Shown here piece after piece: positions 1 to 13,731 of a DNA stretch of 64,000 bases. Positions within the stretch are counted from its first letter, which is position 1, and every line of letters starts with the position of its first letter. A program made the translations under genes and the position numbers. The notes under the pieces were generated by a model. The model was not told the origin of the DNA and made no database searches. It saw only the letters and a list, made by a program, of their open reading frames with translations. The stretch is from Anthoceros angustus (Eukaryota > Plantae > Anthocerotophyta). Location: contig MU008173.1 in NCBI GenBank assembly GCA_010909165.1, forward strand, positions 806,001 through 870,000, given 5' to 3'.

Positions 1-763
1 CTTCACAATGGCGGAGAAGGTTTCCCATAGCAAGGAGGGCATTGCACTTGACTGCTTCACTTTCTGCCGACATCAAAGCTACCAGTCGGATAGTTCCAAT
101 ACCCTTGACCATCTGCAAAGGCCACAGAGAACATCGAATCTAAGATGGAGCACAAGCGACAAGAGATCGAGCACAAGCGACAAGAGATTGAGCAGGGCAT
201 GTGACCTCCTTCCTTGCTTGTCTCGACCAGGGCAATACAGGTACAGGATCAGTGACACCCTCGAATTACGCACCTTGTTTCGAAGGTTTTCCGCATAGTA
301 TGATGAGCCTGCTGTCAAAAGAGCGAGCAAATAGATGGCCCCAGCCAACGCAGGGATATCTACCGCGGAAGAGCCCAGAATCCGTACAACCAGATCATAG
401 CAGCTATCGTCATAGAGGGCAGCAAGCTCGACCTCCAGTTCCTTGCTGCTCTTGTCATCACCATGTTCGTCTTCTAGACAAGCGTCCTGAAAATTGACAA
501 TATTCGTCAGATCGATACGGCAGAAAGCTGGGCAACACAACAAGGATGGTAAATGGGACAAGCCGCACCTGCAGCACAGTTAATGCTTTGAACAAGAGCT
601 CGTTAACAACAGCGTTGACAGCTGATGGTCGAAACTTGACGCGATTCGGTGTGGCATATTGCACAAGCTCAGCAGTGGACAGACGCTGAAGTTCAATGTC
701 CATATGGCAGATTTGTTCCTCAATCTGAAACGCAACTCCTCCAACAAGCAGCAGCACCACCAA
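1..763 (-). CDS. Partial multi-exon gene, ARM/HEAT-repeat-like helical protein; runs off the left edge, 5' end not resolved
   Basis: GT-AG-bounded minus-strand exons (~568-763, ~274-486, 1-111) join to ...NELLFKALTVLQ|DACLEDE...LAGAIYLLALLTAGSSYYAENLRNK|MVKGIGTIRLVALMSAESEAVKCNALLAMGNLLRHCE, an ARM-like pattern. Confidence 0.5.
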
Positions 764-2009
764 CCTGAAAAGCGGAAAACCATCGTCACGGTCTGACCAA
801 CCCCTCTATGTAACCACAGATTCCTCCACCCACAAAATCAGACCCACGTCCAATTTCCAAGTGACACCTACCCACGACAACACACCCCAACGTCCTGCAA
901 CGGGAAGAGACGATAACCCAAATGAGAAGCAACAGGAAAATTGACACAACCAGCATGCAAGCCCATGAGCTCCTCGGAGATGGCCCCCTCACAGACCGGA
1001 CCACCACCAGGCTCAAGGGAAGCAGAACCCACATGAAACCGATTAAGCAATTGGCGCAGGGAAGCAGGGGGCGGGGGCTGGGGCTGGGGCAGAGCAGAGC
1101 AACGCGATCAGGCCGAGATGGGCGAAGGAAAGTACAAGGCCCAGGAAGCTGGCCATCCCAGAACGAAATTGCACAAAGAACGGGTCAATCAGAGCGGCAA
1201 ACGCAGCAAAGCAAGGGGCGGGATACGCGCGCTCACTCTGGTCGCTAATCCTGGGCAGCGATGCTTCAAAGAGTGGCCATGGCCGCAGGCTGTGCCGACG
1301 AAACAGACAAACGCTGAGCGAAGCAAGGAGAGAGGCAGTGGCGAAGAGTGGCCAGAAGCATTGCGTCAGAGGCTGAAGAAAAGTAAAAAACCGTGAATCG
1401 AAGTGCCTGGAAGTTGGAAACAGGAACGGCGGGGGGCGAGACGTCTCCGCCGTTTACTCGTTTACCCCCCACCGGACCGTTGGCCAGTGCCCGGCCTAGG
1501 CCAGCCCGCGGTTTGCCGTTTGGAAATGCGCGCGCCTGCGGCCCGTCCGCCCGTCCGCCCGAGGCCAGTCGGCCAGTCATTTCTCAACGGGATCTACCTT
1601 CGTTATATTCGCTTGCTCATCCTCCGCGCCACACGATGATAAAAGCTCCGCGATTACCGTACGGGAAAATGCGCATCACTCGTGGCGATACTGCCAGGCG
1701 ACCAATCACTGGGCCGCAAGTAACGGTTTATTGCCACCAAACGTATGAAGGGACTGTGGGCTGTACACGGCTTCCGGTTTCTTTCGTCCTTGGTCCGAGA
1801 AGAACTGGCGCATGAAACCAAGAACGTATCATCTCGCACTGCAGTGGAGAGCTGGCAACCATCCACTGGGGTTTCTGTCCTTGCTAGAAACGCAGGATCG
1901 GAGGCTACATTTCGGAGGAGGACATGAACCGTGTGGAAGTGGTGTCCAGGCTTCACCTCGCCCTGACGGTCCCACTCTTGTCGTTGTCGTTGTCGATGTG
2001 CCCGTGTCC

Positions 2010-3579
2010 TCCTTGCTACATCGCTACCGCGTCTTCATGCCGGAGGTACTTGGAATCCGATCCCCGTTGTTGTGGGTCAGTCGGAGTGAGATCCTGTAAT
2101 AGGGCAAGATTTGGTTTCGGATGGTGCTGGGAGAACCTAGCGCTTTCACGAGCTTATGAGAGACCTAATCCGGGGTTTGTAGGTGTAGGGGTGTGGGACC
2201 TGTTTGTGTCACAGAAAATCTGTGCTCCGGCTTGAAGCGGCCCTACTTGCATGATCCTGTTACATGACGGTACTGCATCCCCCGCCAACAAACCATCTGG
2301 CACAACAACCCGGGAACTGTATACAGTTCAGGTTTCCCGACGATTTCCCGGCCTCCTCCTGTTTCTATTTCCGTTCGGCTGCCATGAATCTGGTTCGGAT
2401 TGACTGTGAGATATCCTGATATGTACGTCCAAAGTGACCTCTTATACTTCCTGTGCTCCTTGCTGCCGTCAACACCGAAGCCCTTCCACACTGCACCACT
2501 TCGAATTGGAAAGTGCGACTGTTGAGCTTTACGTGGAACTTGGAACGTTTGGGGAGTGTTTTAGTATCGGAGTCAGCAGGTGAGGTCTGATCGTGGCGGG
2601 TTTGGTCCTTTCTTGATGCAACTGGATTCGCCTGGGCTAGTGTGGAGGGACGACATCCCTTTCGCCTGCTTGTGGTGAGCGAAGTACCCTGTGAATAGAT
2701 GCTTGTTCACAGATCTGGGGTTCGTGCATAGGGTGCCCAGATGATCTGTTAGCATAGCCTTTATCTCAAGTCACAGCTACTAGGTCACTTAGAAGGTACG
2801 CCTGCCTTCCTGCAGTTCAAAAGTGGACAAGATGAAACGGCGGAGAAAAACGCCCAATTGCTACATCCTTTGGTCTAGGTTTCTCCACCGGCGAACATGT
2901 TACACCACTTCAGCACGGAGCATTCGTTGCCCTAGCAGCCAGGTCTACAACCAGAATTCAGGGTCCGCGAGAACATGATCCGGATCACTGATCATGAGCT
3001 GTTATAGCGAGGCAGGTTTTCACTTAGCGCCTCGGCTATCCCACTTACAGTCTCCGAGGATGTAGGATTCGATCCTCTTCTCCTTCAGCTGGCTAGGGAT
3101 AGAGAACCCAAAAGGGGCAGGAGTCGAGGATCCGAATCTCTCAGGGGAGTGAGGCTACGTTGAGGAGACTTGGCGAGCTTCGGTTAGCAGAGAACACATA
3201 CGTAACACGAGACCCATCCTGGGAGGGTGTGGTGGCGTGGATGTTAGCATCAGGAACAGCGAAAGCGTGATTGAAAGTGATACATCACCTACTTCCCGTA
3301 CTGCTAGAAAAACAGATGACCCGCGAACCACGATGGCACACACCGGCCCGTGCTGTTGCACTTTGTGGCAGGAACAAGTGCGCAATTCGCTCCGGCCATG
3401 AATGGTGCCACGTGAAAGACGAATTGAACAAAGCTTTGAAAAAGGAGACACAAATACAGTAAATAATCTGGGGCATGCATAGCCAGCCAGGCAGCCATGT
3501 AGAATTACCAATAGGCTACTCCACGCTGTCCACGTACGCGTCAGTAGTAGGCCGAGACAGGGTCTCACTCACCGCCATG
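2010..3579 (-). other. Possible unidentified multi-exon transcription unit divergent from synaptotagmin
   Basis: Series of minus-strand donor/acceptor-like signals (ATGGCG|gtgagt near 3579, short exon-like blocks near 3050-3155, 2532-2688, 2427-2491, 2266-2316, 2010-2094); no family motif and no unambiguous frame. Confidence 0.25.
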
Positions 3580-3808
3580 GCAAAATCCTTTCTCATGCAC
3601 TGCTGCTCTCTGCTACTTCGCAACCTCCGCAGCTGACATTGGATTCCTCGCAGTTCGCTGAATCCCTCTCGCCCAGTTGCCCTGCCGCCGGATCTCCAGG
3701 TACACACTCTGCTCTCTGCAGGCGGGCTCTGTTGAGTTGGGTTTTCCCCTGCATCAGAGCTGACGGAGAATGTTGGTTGTGGGTAACTTCAGTTCCTGAG
3801 CTGCCAGC

Positions 3809-6800
3809 ATGGGGCTGGTGAGCACCGTGCTGGGGCTGATCGGCTTCGGCTGGGGCATCGGCATCGGGATCCTTGTGGGTTACTTCGTCTTCATCTATCT
3901 GCAGCCCATTGAGGTCAAGGTAATGTGGTGTTCGGACTCCGTGTCTTTCGTGCTTGCATTCTAGGGGACGGTGTCGAGTTGGTTGTCTGCGAGATGGCGG
4001 GAGCGGCTGGTGGGACTTGGTTTGCTCTTGAGGCTGCGGTGCCCTTTTCTCGTATCAGTCGTGACGCGCGTACCTGCAGCCCAGATTAATGTGTCCTCCG
4101 TGCATTGTCATGGATTTTGCAGGATCCCATTATCAGACCGTTGGCTGAGCTTGACACCAAGACCTTGCAGAGTTTACTGCCGGACATTCCATTGTGGGTG
4201 AAGTGCCCTGATTATGACAGGGTAAGCTGCTTGCCGTCTTGATGGGGGTGAGTAAGCTCCAGCATGGAGAATAGCCTGGTTCAGCTCATTCTCTGCTCTT
4301 GAGAGTTGTGCAGGTTGATTGGCTCAACAAGTTTGTCCGTGATCTATGGCCCTATCTGGATAAGGTACCCAGTTTATATCCAGCTTTGACCTCGTAGTTT
4401 CATGTGCTCTTTTGCTAGTTTATTTCTGGATGTACAGACGTCGTGTGACAGTTGTTTGACTATGGCAGGTCGTGTTGTTTTGGATTGGTGTGTAGTTTTC
4501 TTTAACTCATGCTTGACGGCTTGTTGGCTAGGCTATCTGCAAGCAAATACGTGAAATTGCAGCCCCCTACATCAAAGAATACGGTCCAAAGTACAAGCTC
4601 GATTCAATTGAGTTTGAATCCCTGACGCTCGGCACTCTGCCACCCACCGTTGTTGGTATGTGCCTGCTGAAGCCTTATTACTGCCATCTCAGATGCCACA
4701 CCTCTCCTAATGTGTTTACTTATGCTCGCTGTGTGCATCCAGGTGTGAAAGTTTATGATACTCAGGAAAAAGAAATGATCATTGAGCCGTCCTTGAAGTT
4801 TGCTGGGAATCCTAATATCATTGTTGCTGTGAAGGCTTTTGGCTTGAAAGCTACAGTACAGGCGAGTTCTTATCTTTGAGTGGGTTTTGGCCTCGTCTGT
4901 GAGAGTGTTCTAATTTGAGGAAGTGTGTATGCTCACCTTGTCTGCGCCTGCGACGCTTGTGGACTCAAGTATATGAGGAGTTGTGCATAACGGGTTTGTC
5001 TTTGTTTGCAGCTTATAGACGTGCAAGTCTTTGCCACTGCTAGAGTGACATTCAAGCCGTTGTTGCCAGTTTTTCCTTGCTTTGGCAAGATCATTGTGTC
5101 CTTGATGGAGAAGGTATGTGCGTGTCTTATTTAAGTACACCACTTATAACCTTCAGCTCTGTTCTCAATCTCATGTAAAAGCCTTTGGAGCATTTGACAA
5201 ACTGCAGACATGCCAAACTCCGGGCCTTGAAATTGTGTTGAGTGCAGCCCCACGTGGACTTCGGATTGAAGCTGATGGGTGGTGATCTAATGGCTATACC
5301 CGGGCTTTATGGCGTTGTTCAGGTTTGGTGAAGTGCTGGTTATGCTATATGTACTGAAAGCCTGGATTGCGTATGCAGTGGCATGCTATCCTGTGGTTAT
5401 TGTATGAGTACCTTCATTGTTGGCTTATGAGGTAATAACAATGTGTCTGTCTGGCTCCCTTTGCAGGAGATCATCAAAGATCAAGTCGCTAAAATGTACT
5501 TGTGGCCTAAGTCACTGGAAATACCTGTAATGGGAGACCCTAGGTAGATATTCATGTGCTTGCTGTCATTGGTTGTTCTTTGTCGGTAGGACAGCAAAGT
5601 GTTTTGTCTTACTGTTGGTTATTTGCAGTTCAATAAAGAAACCAGTAGGTATGCTGCATGTGAAAGTGTTGAGGGCAAAGGGGTTGAAGAACAAAGATGT
5701 GATTGGGAAGTCTGATCCTTACGTGAAGATCTCTCTTGGATCTGGGACTCTTGCCTCAAAGAAGACGACAACAAAGATGGACAATCTAAATCCTGAGTGG
5801 AATGAATCATTTACACTCCTCGTAACTGACCCCGAGTCTCAAGCTTTAGAGACTAGTGTCTATGATTGGGAAAAGGTACGATCAGGGTAGAGTATGAAAT
5901 TCTGTAAAGCCATGCTGTTTAACTGGATGCCCTCCAAAGTCATCCAAACCTTTTGGTGCAGATTGGAGCGCATGAGAAGCTTGGAATGGCTGTCATCCCG
6001 CTGAAGACTCTTACTGCTGATGAGAGAAAAGAACTGACTGTGGACCTGGTCAAGAACATGGATCCAAATGATTCGGCAAATCAACGGCCCCGTGGACAGC
6101 TCTTTCTTGAGGTTGAGTATAAACCTTTCAAGGAGGATCAAGACATCAACTTAGAAGATGATGGAAACTCAGGTCTTGAAAAAGCACCTGAAGGAACACC
6201 TGCTGGAGGTGGGTTAATGGTTGTGATTATCCATGAGGCAGAGGATGTTGAGGGCAAGCACCATACCAATCCTTACGTGAGGCTTGTCTTCAGGGGAGAG
6301 GAAAGGAAAACCAAGGTAGTCCACCCTGAATGGGTATCCCCTGTGAAGTGTGGTCGCAAGCGTTCGTTTGAACTGGAAACCAGAGTCTTAAAACTAATGC
6401 TGAGTGCGAAGGTCTCTTTATGCCTGGATGTTAGGTTTTTCTGTTCGTTTACTGATTACGTCTGTTTGAACGCAGCACGTTAAGAAAAATAGGGATCCCC
6501 GGTGGAACGAAACTTTTGAGTTTTTGCTAGAGGAGCCTCCTGTGAATGACCGTCTTCATGTGGAGGTTATGAGCAAAGCAACAGGGTTTCATGTGCATTC
6601 TAAGGTAATCTCGTTACCCACACCATGCGGATGTCTTTGAAGCAATTACCACTGGATGTTGATAAAATTCTCTGTTCATTTCCAGGAGTCTCTGGGCTAT
6701 GTAGATATTAACTTATCAGATGTTGTCAACAACAAGCGCATCAACGAGAAGTATCAGTTGATTGATTCTAAGAATGGAAGAATCCAGGTTGAGTTGCACT

Positions 6801-6814
6801 GGAGAACTAGCTAG
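3809..6814 (+). CDS. SYT: Plant synaptotagmin (N-terminal TM, SMP domain, two C2 domains), SYT1/SYT2-like
   Basis: MGLVSTVLGLIGFGWGIGIG TM start; PLWVKCPDYDRVDWLNKF, LTLGTLPPT, GKSDPYVK, NLNPEWNE, EGKHHTNPYV, end IQVELHWRTS*; canonical introns plus one GC-AG. Confidence 0.95.
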
Positions 6815-7587
6815 TGTGCGGCGATGTGGGCTGAAGTTGATACTGCATCAAAGCAGGACTATGTCGGGTTGCTATTTTCCGTGAACAGCAGGCCGTGTCA
6901 TTCGTAGGTTTCATCATAATTCTTTAGATGCTCTTGTTAGCGACTTCCTTGATCTGCTTGTAAGACAAAAGGAACCGAAGGTGATGTTTCTTTATTTCTA
7001 CCAGGGGTATCAGTCTTGTAAAGTGTTTTTTGTGATCAAAAGTATATATATGGTATCCTTGCTTTCTGTATACTGATTGCTACCTGTTTTCTGCGATTTT
7101 TAATCACGGTCTTCGCATATTTCGCGTCACGGTTTCTTGCAACGCTCGCGTACACTGTTCTTGTCTCGTCACGATACATTTCACGCGAAAGCTCGTCTAA
7201 CAAAAACTCGACTTTTGACTTGTTGCAATCGTCTAGCCTTCTCACGGGATCGACTTTGAGTCACAGAAAACGTTTAGGCAGCGACGGGTCGACTTTGAGT
7301 TGCAGCAAGCGTCCAGCCTTCTCACCAAATCGACTTGTGAGTTTGTACTTTGTTCTCGTTCAAGTGGCTTGTGCTCCTCCTGTGGCGCCTTGTTTCAAGT
7401 TCGCTTTCCCCCTAATTTTCCCCGGCAGCGATCTTAGGAGAATCCCTCGTTTGCTTTTGTCTTCTCTTGCTGGGGGATATGCAAGTCTTCTGTTTGGTGA
7501 GGGGACCTTCAGCAGGGAGCTAACGTGTTGTTTGTTCTCTTCCCATCCTGACTAATTAGGAGAGGAGAGCTCCATCAGCTTGGAACC

Positions 7588-8229
7588 ATGAGTACCATGA
7601 AGTTTTGTCGTGAGTGGTACGGTTCTTACACCAAATGTTCTGTCTGACAGGCAATAGTTGTTTTGTTCCTCTGCCCAACTCTGTTTGTCTGATTGCAGTA
7701 ACAACATTTTGTACCCTCGCGAAGATCGAGATCGTAAGCGCCTGCTATATGCCTGCCGAAACTGTGACCACCAGGTGGGGAGTGCTTGTCACTAAAATGA
7801 TGCTCCTGCTGTGCATGGATGCGCTGTGAATCACTGTCCTTTACGTTGCTGTCAGGAAGAAGCAGAGAACAACTGTGTCTACCGCAATGAGGTACTTCAT
7901 TCTGCAGATGAGCGCACCCAAGTGCTCCAAGACGTAGCTTCAGATCCGACGCTCCCTCGAACGAAGTCTGTGCGGTGTGCCAAGTGCAATCATGGGGAGG
8001 CTGTGTTTTTTCAGGTGAAGTGCTGTTTCTTCATCATCTCTGGTTGAAGTTGCTCTAGAAAGCTTGTAAATTAGGTTTCTCCGATTCAGGCTTATGGTAC
8101 CATGTATCAGTTGTCCATCTTGGTGATGTTCTGGTTTCCGTTCTGCAGGCTACCTCACGTGGTGAGGAAGGGATGACTCTCTTCTTTGTCTGCTGCAATG
8201 CCAACTGTGGATACCGTTGGAGAGACTGA
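7588..8229 (+). CDS. NRPB9: RNA polymerase II/IV/V subunit 9
   Basis: Four exons splice to [16 protein letters not shown]...YACRNCDHQ...[24 protein letters not shown]...[16 protein letters not shown] (two Zn ribbons). Confidence 0.96.
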
Positions 8230-8843
8230 TGCTGGATGACAACGTCGTTTGAACGGATTGCATAGCACTTTTGTCTGTCTGCTGTAACGCGAGCTGTCCG
8301 CTTGACTAGAATCATTCACGTGATGATCTCTTATGTGTGTGCTACAACACGAGCTGTAGCTACCGCCGCAGAAATGCATGCTGGATGGCAATCATTTGAA
8401 TGGATAACTCTAAAAGCTTCTGACTGCTGCAAAGCGAGTTGTAATGCTATTATAAATGTGCCAAATGGACACACATTTATAAGAACGTTCTTGTCAAGCA
8501 TCCTCTGCTTCCATCGGGACTTAGGTGGGTTCGCATGAACCCGAACCCCGAGGGCCTAATCTGAGCCGGAGTTGCGGCGTCCGCGTTCGCATGTGCCCCG
8601 AACTACAACCCGGATTTTCTCACTTTTACCTACTGTAACCGGTTGAGATACCGGTTGTTTCGGTTTGTCCGTTGAAGCTCCACGGACTCTACCTACTTTA
8701 AGTAACTCCACAAACCGCACGGGGCGCATTTGGGCTTTTGCAAGGACAGGGGTTCAAGTTCTGTTGGGAGCAGCGCTTGGGAGTTCAAGTTCTGTAGGGG
8801 AGCAGCGCTTTGTGGATGGTGCCAAGAACTTGAGGTGGTTTGG

Positions 8844-8996
<153 letters not shown>

Positions 8997-9049
8997 GGTT
9001 ACATCAAGTAATATTTCGATCTATGGTGTGCTTATGACCATTATTGGAT

Positions 9050-10323
9050 GTATGGAAAATGTGTTTAAGTTTATGGAGCAATTGGATATTTTTATTCTAA
9101 CAATGCTAACATCATGCAAGCCTCATTATTCCAAGGAGAAGAATTGTCTTTTGAAGATGCGATGGAAGACCTTGTTTGTGCATGTGATGAGTTAATTGCT
9201 ATACTTGGGATCTTTGGATGACCCAAACAAGTTGCCAAGAGGGCTCTTTCATGGAGTACAAAGGGTATGTATTACATCAAACCTCGTATCACGATATGTG
9301 GCCTTTATATAGCATGGTGGCAAGGGAAGATGAGCGGAGATTTTCTAGCTTCTTGAGATTCTCATGGTCAACTTTTGAATATATTTGTAGTTTAGTTTGG
9401 CAAGAATTGCAATTTGTAAATGTGCCAGGCTTTAACATTGTGCTGGAAGAAATATCCATTCATAAACAAGTGGTTATTGCTCGAGAAGGCTTGCAACAGT
9501 GACTCTTTTTTGTCAATTGGTGAAACGTTCGGTGTTGGTCGAAGCACCGCATGTGAAGTGACTCGTAGGTTTATTGTGGCCTTCATTTGACGAGCTACAC
9601 ATCATCTACGGTGGCCTGAAGGAGAAGAACTAAGAGCGGTGAAGGATGGGTTTAAGGATAAACAAGGTTTTATCAATTGTTGTGGGGCCGTAGATGCAAC
9701 TCACTTCAAGATGGAGCTTGCCATGGGCAAAAACTCATGGGAATATCGTGGACGGTACAAAGACTATACTATGGTAATGCAAGCAATTGTAGGGCCTGAC
9801 AAGAAATTCTTGGACATTGTCCTGTGGAGAGCTAATGACATGCGATTTTATGTAATAGTGAATTTTACCATCTGGCAAATGCAGGTAGAAGACTAAATGG
9901 CGAGGTTGTCATGGTTGAAGAACAAGCCATAAGAGAATACATAATAGGTGATGCAGGTTATCCTTTATTACCTTGGCTTGTTATTCCTTTCCCAGGAAGA
10001 GTTCTATTGCGTAGTATGGAGTCCTTTAATTACAAGCATTCATGGTTGTTGAAATTGCTTTTGGAGCATTGAAAAAAGTATGGCGAATATTGGGAAGAAA
10101 AATTTGGCGGGGGAACATTAGCTACTTCACCGAGGTTTCTTATGCATGTGCAATATTGCACAATATTAGAATTGATCGAGGAGATGAATTGGACCTAAGT
10201 TTATTACGTACAGAGGACATTGAGAATGAAGTACCAAGAACGGTACATAATCCAATAGACCAGCGTAAGGACATAGATTACGATGCTTTAATGCATGTAT
10301 TACGTATTGACGAAGAAGAATAA
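9050..10323 (+). pseudogene. Harbinger DDE transposase, frameshifted
   Basis: Motifs NCCGAVDATHF, VMQAIVGPDKKFLDI, IIGDAGYPLLPWLVIPF, VVEIAFGALKKVWRIL, CAILHN spread over several frames with stops. Confidence 0.9.
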
Positions 10324-10557
10324 GACTACATTACAAACATACAAAGAAGACTACACGAATGTGTATGGACAAGAGCACTTAATAAAGCTTCCAAATCATG
10401 AAGGAAGAAGAGCGAAGCCACACATCCACTTATTTTGTATTGCCATTTTAATTTGGGCAGCTTCTATTAGAGAAGCTCCTAAATTCAATATCGCCGAAAG
10501 CTCGTCATTGCTAACAACATGCCCCGCCAATCTCGTAATCGCAGTCTATCTTTTTGT

Positions 10558-11417
10558 TCAGCAACATGCTATCTTCTCTCGCTCTAGTTCTAAGATTTTT
10601 TGATGCCTAGCCTGTTTGGACTCCTCGTTAGCTCTTAGTCTCCCGAAGCTATGAGTAGAACACACATCGATATGTACCTGGCAACAAAACAGAATAGCTA
10701 CTCGTGGATAGCCCAAGGCAAGCATATGCTGATAGTACCACTGGCATGGAAACCGACGGAGAGGAAGGCACCCCCATGCAAGCAAATAGTGAATCTGGGA
10801 GTGGCAAACGGAGGAAACTAAAAGCACAGAATGGAGTAAGCGGCCTTGTACCTTTATTTGAGAAGAACCATGCAGAACAGATGGTTCAATGCCTCTCGCT
10901 CCCCCTTCTCCATAGCCCAATAGCTTGACCTTCCCGAATGACTGCCAGGCCTCTCCCAGTCTTGCACCTTGTTGAAGTCTGTTATCAAAGCTTCCCAGTG
11001 GTCCTTACACTGTTTGTTAGTCTTGAAGATCCCTAAAGCTACACATGCAACTGATATTGCAGCCCAACGAGCTTCACCTGTCATCATTCGCTCCTTGGTA
11101 CCTCCTTCTCTATGTTTGGCCATGTCTTCTTTTCTTGCTGCAATCAACGTAAGAAGGTCAGCTTCCTCCCATCTCTTGTTTGCCACTGGCTCCTTAGTAG
11201 GGCCAGTGGCCTCGTCGAACTTTCTTGCTCCTTTCTTCCTTTTGCCACTGTTTTCTTCTACATGCACAGAGTCGTTTGCAGTAGTGATACTGCAAGGAAC
11301 TTGGGACACCGGCCAAGGGGAGTCCACTTGCCATGTAGGTTGTGCATCCGGCCATTGAAAATGAGTGGCAAGGACGTTTTGCTGATTATTCACACTTGCG
11401 CCCATTGTGCTAGGCAT
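10558..11417 (-). pseudogene. Harbinger Myb/SANT-like (trihelix) DNA-binding protein, copy 1 (3' part disrupted or unresolved)
   Basis: RWEEADLLTLIAARK...RWAAIS...KTNKQCKDHWEALITDFNKVQDWE...SYWAMEKGER trihelix signature. Confidence 0.85.
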
Positions 11418-11753
11418 CCGTTGCAGACCAAGGTCATGATTTCCTCTATGGACAACTGGAGGAGAGCGCGATTCTCCTGCACGCCTGCAAAGATAGAGGC
11501 CACATGATTCGCTCTAGGTATGAGATCTAGGTTGCACAACACAACAAAACGGTGCACCTTCGCCGCCAAGCATCTGCGCACTCAAACGCCACACTTGTAC
11601 CCTAGAAAACTAGAAGTAATGGGGTTCTTGAATTCAATGTAGGTTCCATGAAGACCCGACCCGATATTTCTTACAGATGCCGTGCACGGATTTTTCGCCG
11701 CTCCAGAATCTGCCATCGACCAAGGATTTCTCGTATCTAAAATGGACCTAACC

Positions 11754-13030
11754 GCCATTTTAATTTGGGCAGCTTCTATTAGAGAAGCTCCTAAATTCAA
11801 TCGCCTGAAAGCTCGTCATTGCTAACAACATGCCCCCGCCAATCTCGAGCAGTCTATCTTTTTGTTCAGCAACATGCTATCTTCTCTCGCTCTAGTTCTA
11901 AGATTTTTGATGCCTAGCCTGCTTTTGGACTCCTCGTTAGCTCTTAGTCTCCCGGCTATGAGTAGAACATCATGCGATGTTATTGCACCAACAAAACAAA
12001 GTGAATAGCTACCCGTGGATAGCAGCAAACAAGCATATGCCGATAGTACCAGCATGGAAACCGACGGAGGAAGGCACCCCATGCAAGCAAATAGTGAACT
12101 GGGAGTGGCAAACGGAGGAAACTAAAAGCCAGAATGGAGTAAGGCCTTGTACCTTTATTTGAGAAGAACCATGCGAGATGGTTCAATGCCTCGCTCCCCT
12201 TCTCCATAGCCCAATAGCTTGACCTTCCCGAATGATCGCCAGCCTCTCCGCCTTGCACCTTGTTGAAGTCTGTCATCAAAGCTTCCAGTGGTCCTTAATC
12301 GCTTGTTAGTCTTGAAGATCCCTAAAGCTACACATGCAATCGATATTGCAGCCCAACGAGCTTCACCATCATTCGCTCCTTGGTACCTCCTTCTATGTTT
12401 GGCCATGTCTTCTTTTCTTGCGCAATCAACGAAGAAGGCCGCCTTCCTCCCATCTCTTGTTTGCCACCGGCTCCTTAGTAGGGCCCGTCGAACTTTCTTG
12501 CTCCTTTCTTCCTTTTGCCACCGCTTTCTTCTACATGCAGTCGAGTGATACTGCAAGGAACTTGGGACACCGCCAAGGAGTCCACTTGCCATGTAGGTTG
12601 TGCATCCGCCATTGAAAATGAGTGGCAAGGACGTTTTGCTGATTATTCACACTTGCGCCCATTGTGCTAGGCATCCGTTGCAGACCAAGGTCATGATTTC
12701 CTCTATGGACAACTGGAGGAGAGCGTTGCGATTCTCCTGGTACTGCCTGCAAAGATAGAGGCCACATGATTCGTTCTAGGTATGAGATCTAGGTTGCACA
12801 ACACAACAAAAACGGTGCACCTTCGCGGCCGCCAAGCATCTGCGCACTCCGAAACGCCACACTTGTACCCTAGAAAACTAGAAGTAATGGGGTTCTTGAA
12901 TTCAATGTAGGTTCCATGAAGACCCGACCCGATATTTCTTACAGATGCCGTGCACGGGATTTTTCGCCGTTCCGGAATCTGCCATCGACCAAGGATTTCT
13001 CGTATCTAAAATGGACCTAACCGCCATTTT
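11754..13030 (-). repeat. Tandem duplicate (~1.3 kb) of 10442-11753 with a heavily frameshifted second Myb/SANT copy
   Basis: Collinear with 10442-11753; GCCATTTTA at 10442, 11754 and 13023; many 1-3 bp deletions. Confidence 0.92.
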
Positions 13031-13112
13031 ATCGTATTTAGTGTGGCTTGATCTTGTCCTTTTCGCCACGTCATGTATTTTATGTCGGGTTCGGGTTCAT
13101 GCGAACCCAGCC

Positions 13113-13500
13113 TTAGCTATGGGATTAAAGGGAGTGGATGCCCTTGGCAGAAGAAGAGGTCTATTTTAGTTCACTTGGACGGATTTTTCCCTGGGACTTA
13201 ACAACTTATACGTTGGTGTGCCTAAGATACCTGCACCAAGATCCACTCCCTCTAGGCACCCTACGTAAGTATCGATCTAAGCACAAGATGCTTAATAATG
13301 GCATTTTTATGAACGTGTATCCACTTCACCTAACCCATTTGGTACTTAGTAGCTTAGGCACACCATGGTACAAGTTGTCAAGTACCAAGTCCCATCATAA
13401 AAAAGTTCCATTTGAGTGGAGTCTAATATACTTCTTCTTCCCAAGACACATATTAATTAGAACGCCACTATTAAGCATTCTCTGCTTAGATCGGACTTTT
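13113..13500. mobile_element. Nested copies of a ~220-bp MITE-like repeat family
   Basis: Shares AAAGGGAGTGGATGCCCTTGG, CACACCATGGTACAAGTTGTCAAGTACCAAGTCCCAT and GCTTAGATCGG with 8461-8523, 19465-19690 and 63868-64000. Confidence 0.75.
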
Positions 13501-13584
13501 TTCTATACATGGGCTCAATAACATGTGTCACATTCTCTGCTTAGATCGGACTCTTTTCTACACATGGGCTCAATGACATGTGTC
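13476..13584. repeat. 55-bp direct duplication, 2 copies
   Basis: CATTCTCTGCTTAGATCGGACT...CATGGGCTCAAT(A/G)ACATGTGTC at 13476 and 13531. Confidence 0.85.
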
Positions 13585-13731
13585 CGAAGAGTGCCGGCAA
13601 CCTTAGTGGGGTTGTCACAAAAAGTTGGGTGAAATAACTGATTAACGTGTGCTAAAATATAATGGGTGGCAATTTAAAATCTGGTGGATATTGAGTTGAG
13701 ATTTGTAATTCCAAATTTGGTGCAAAAAGGG

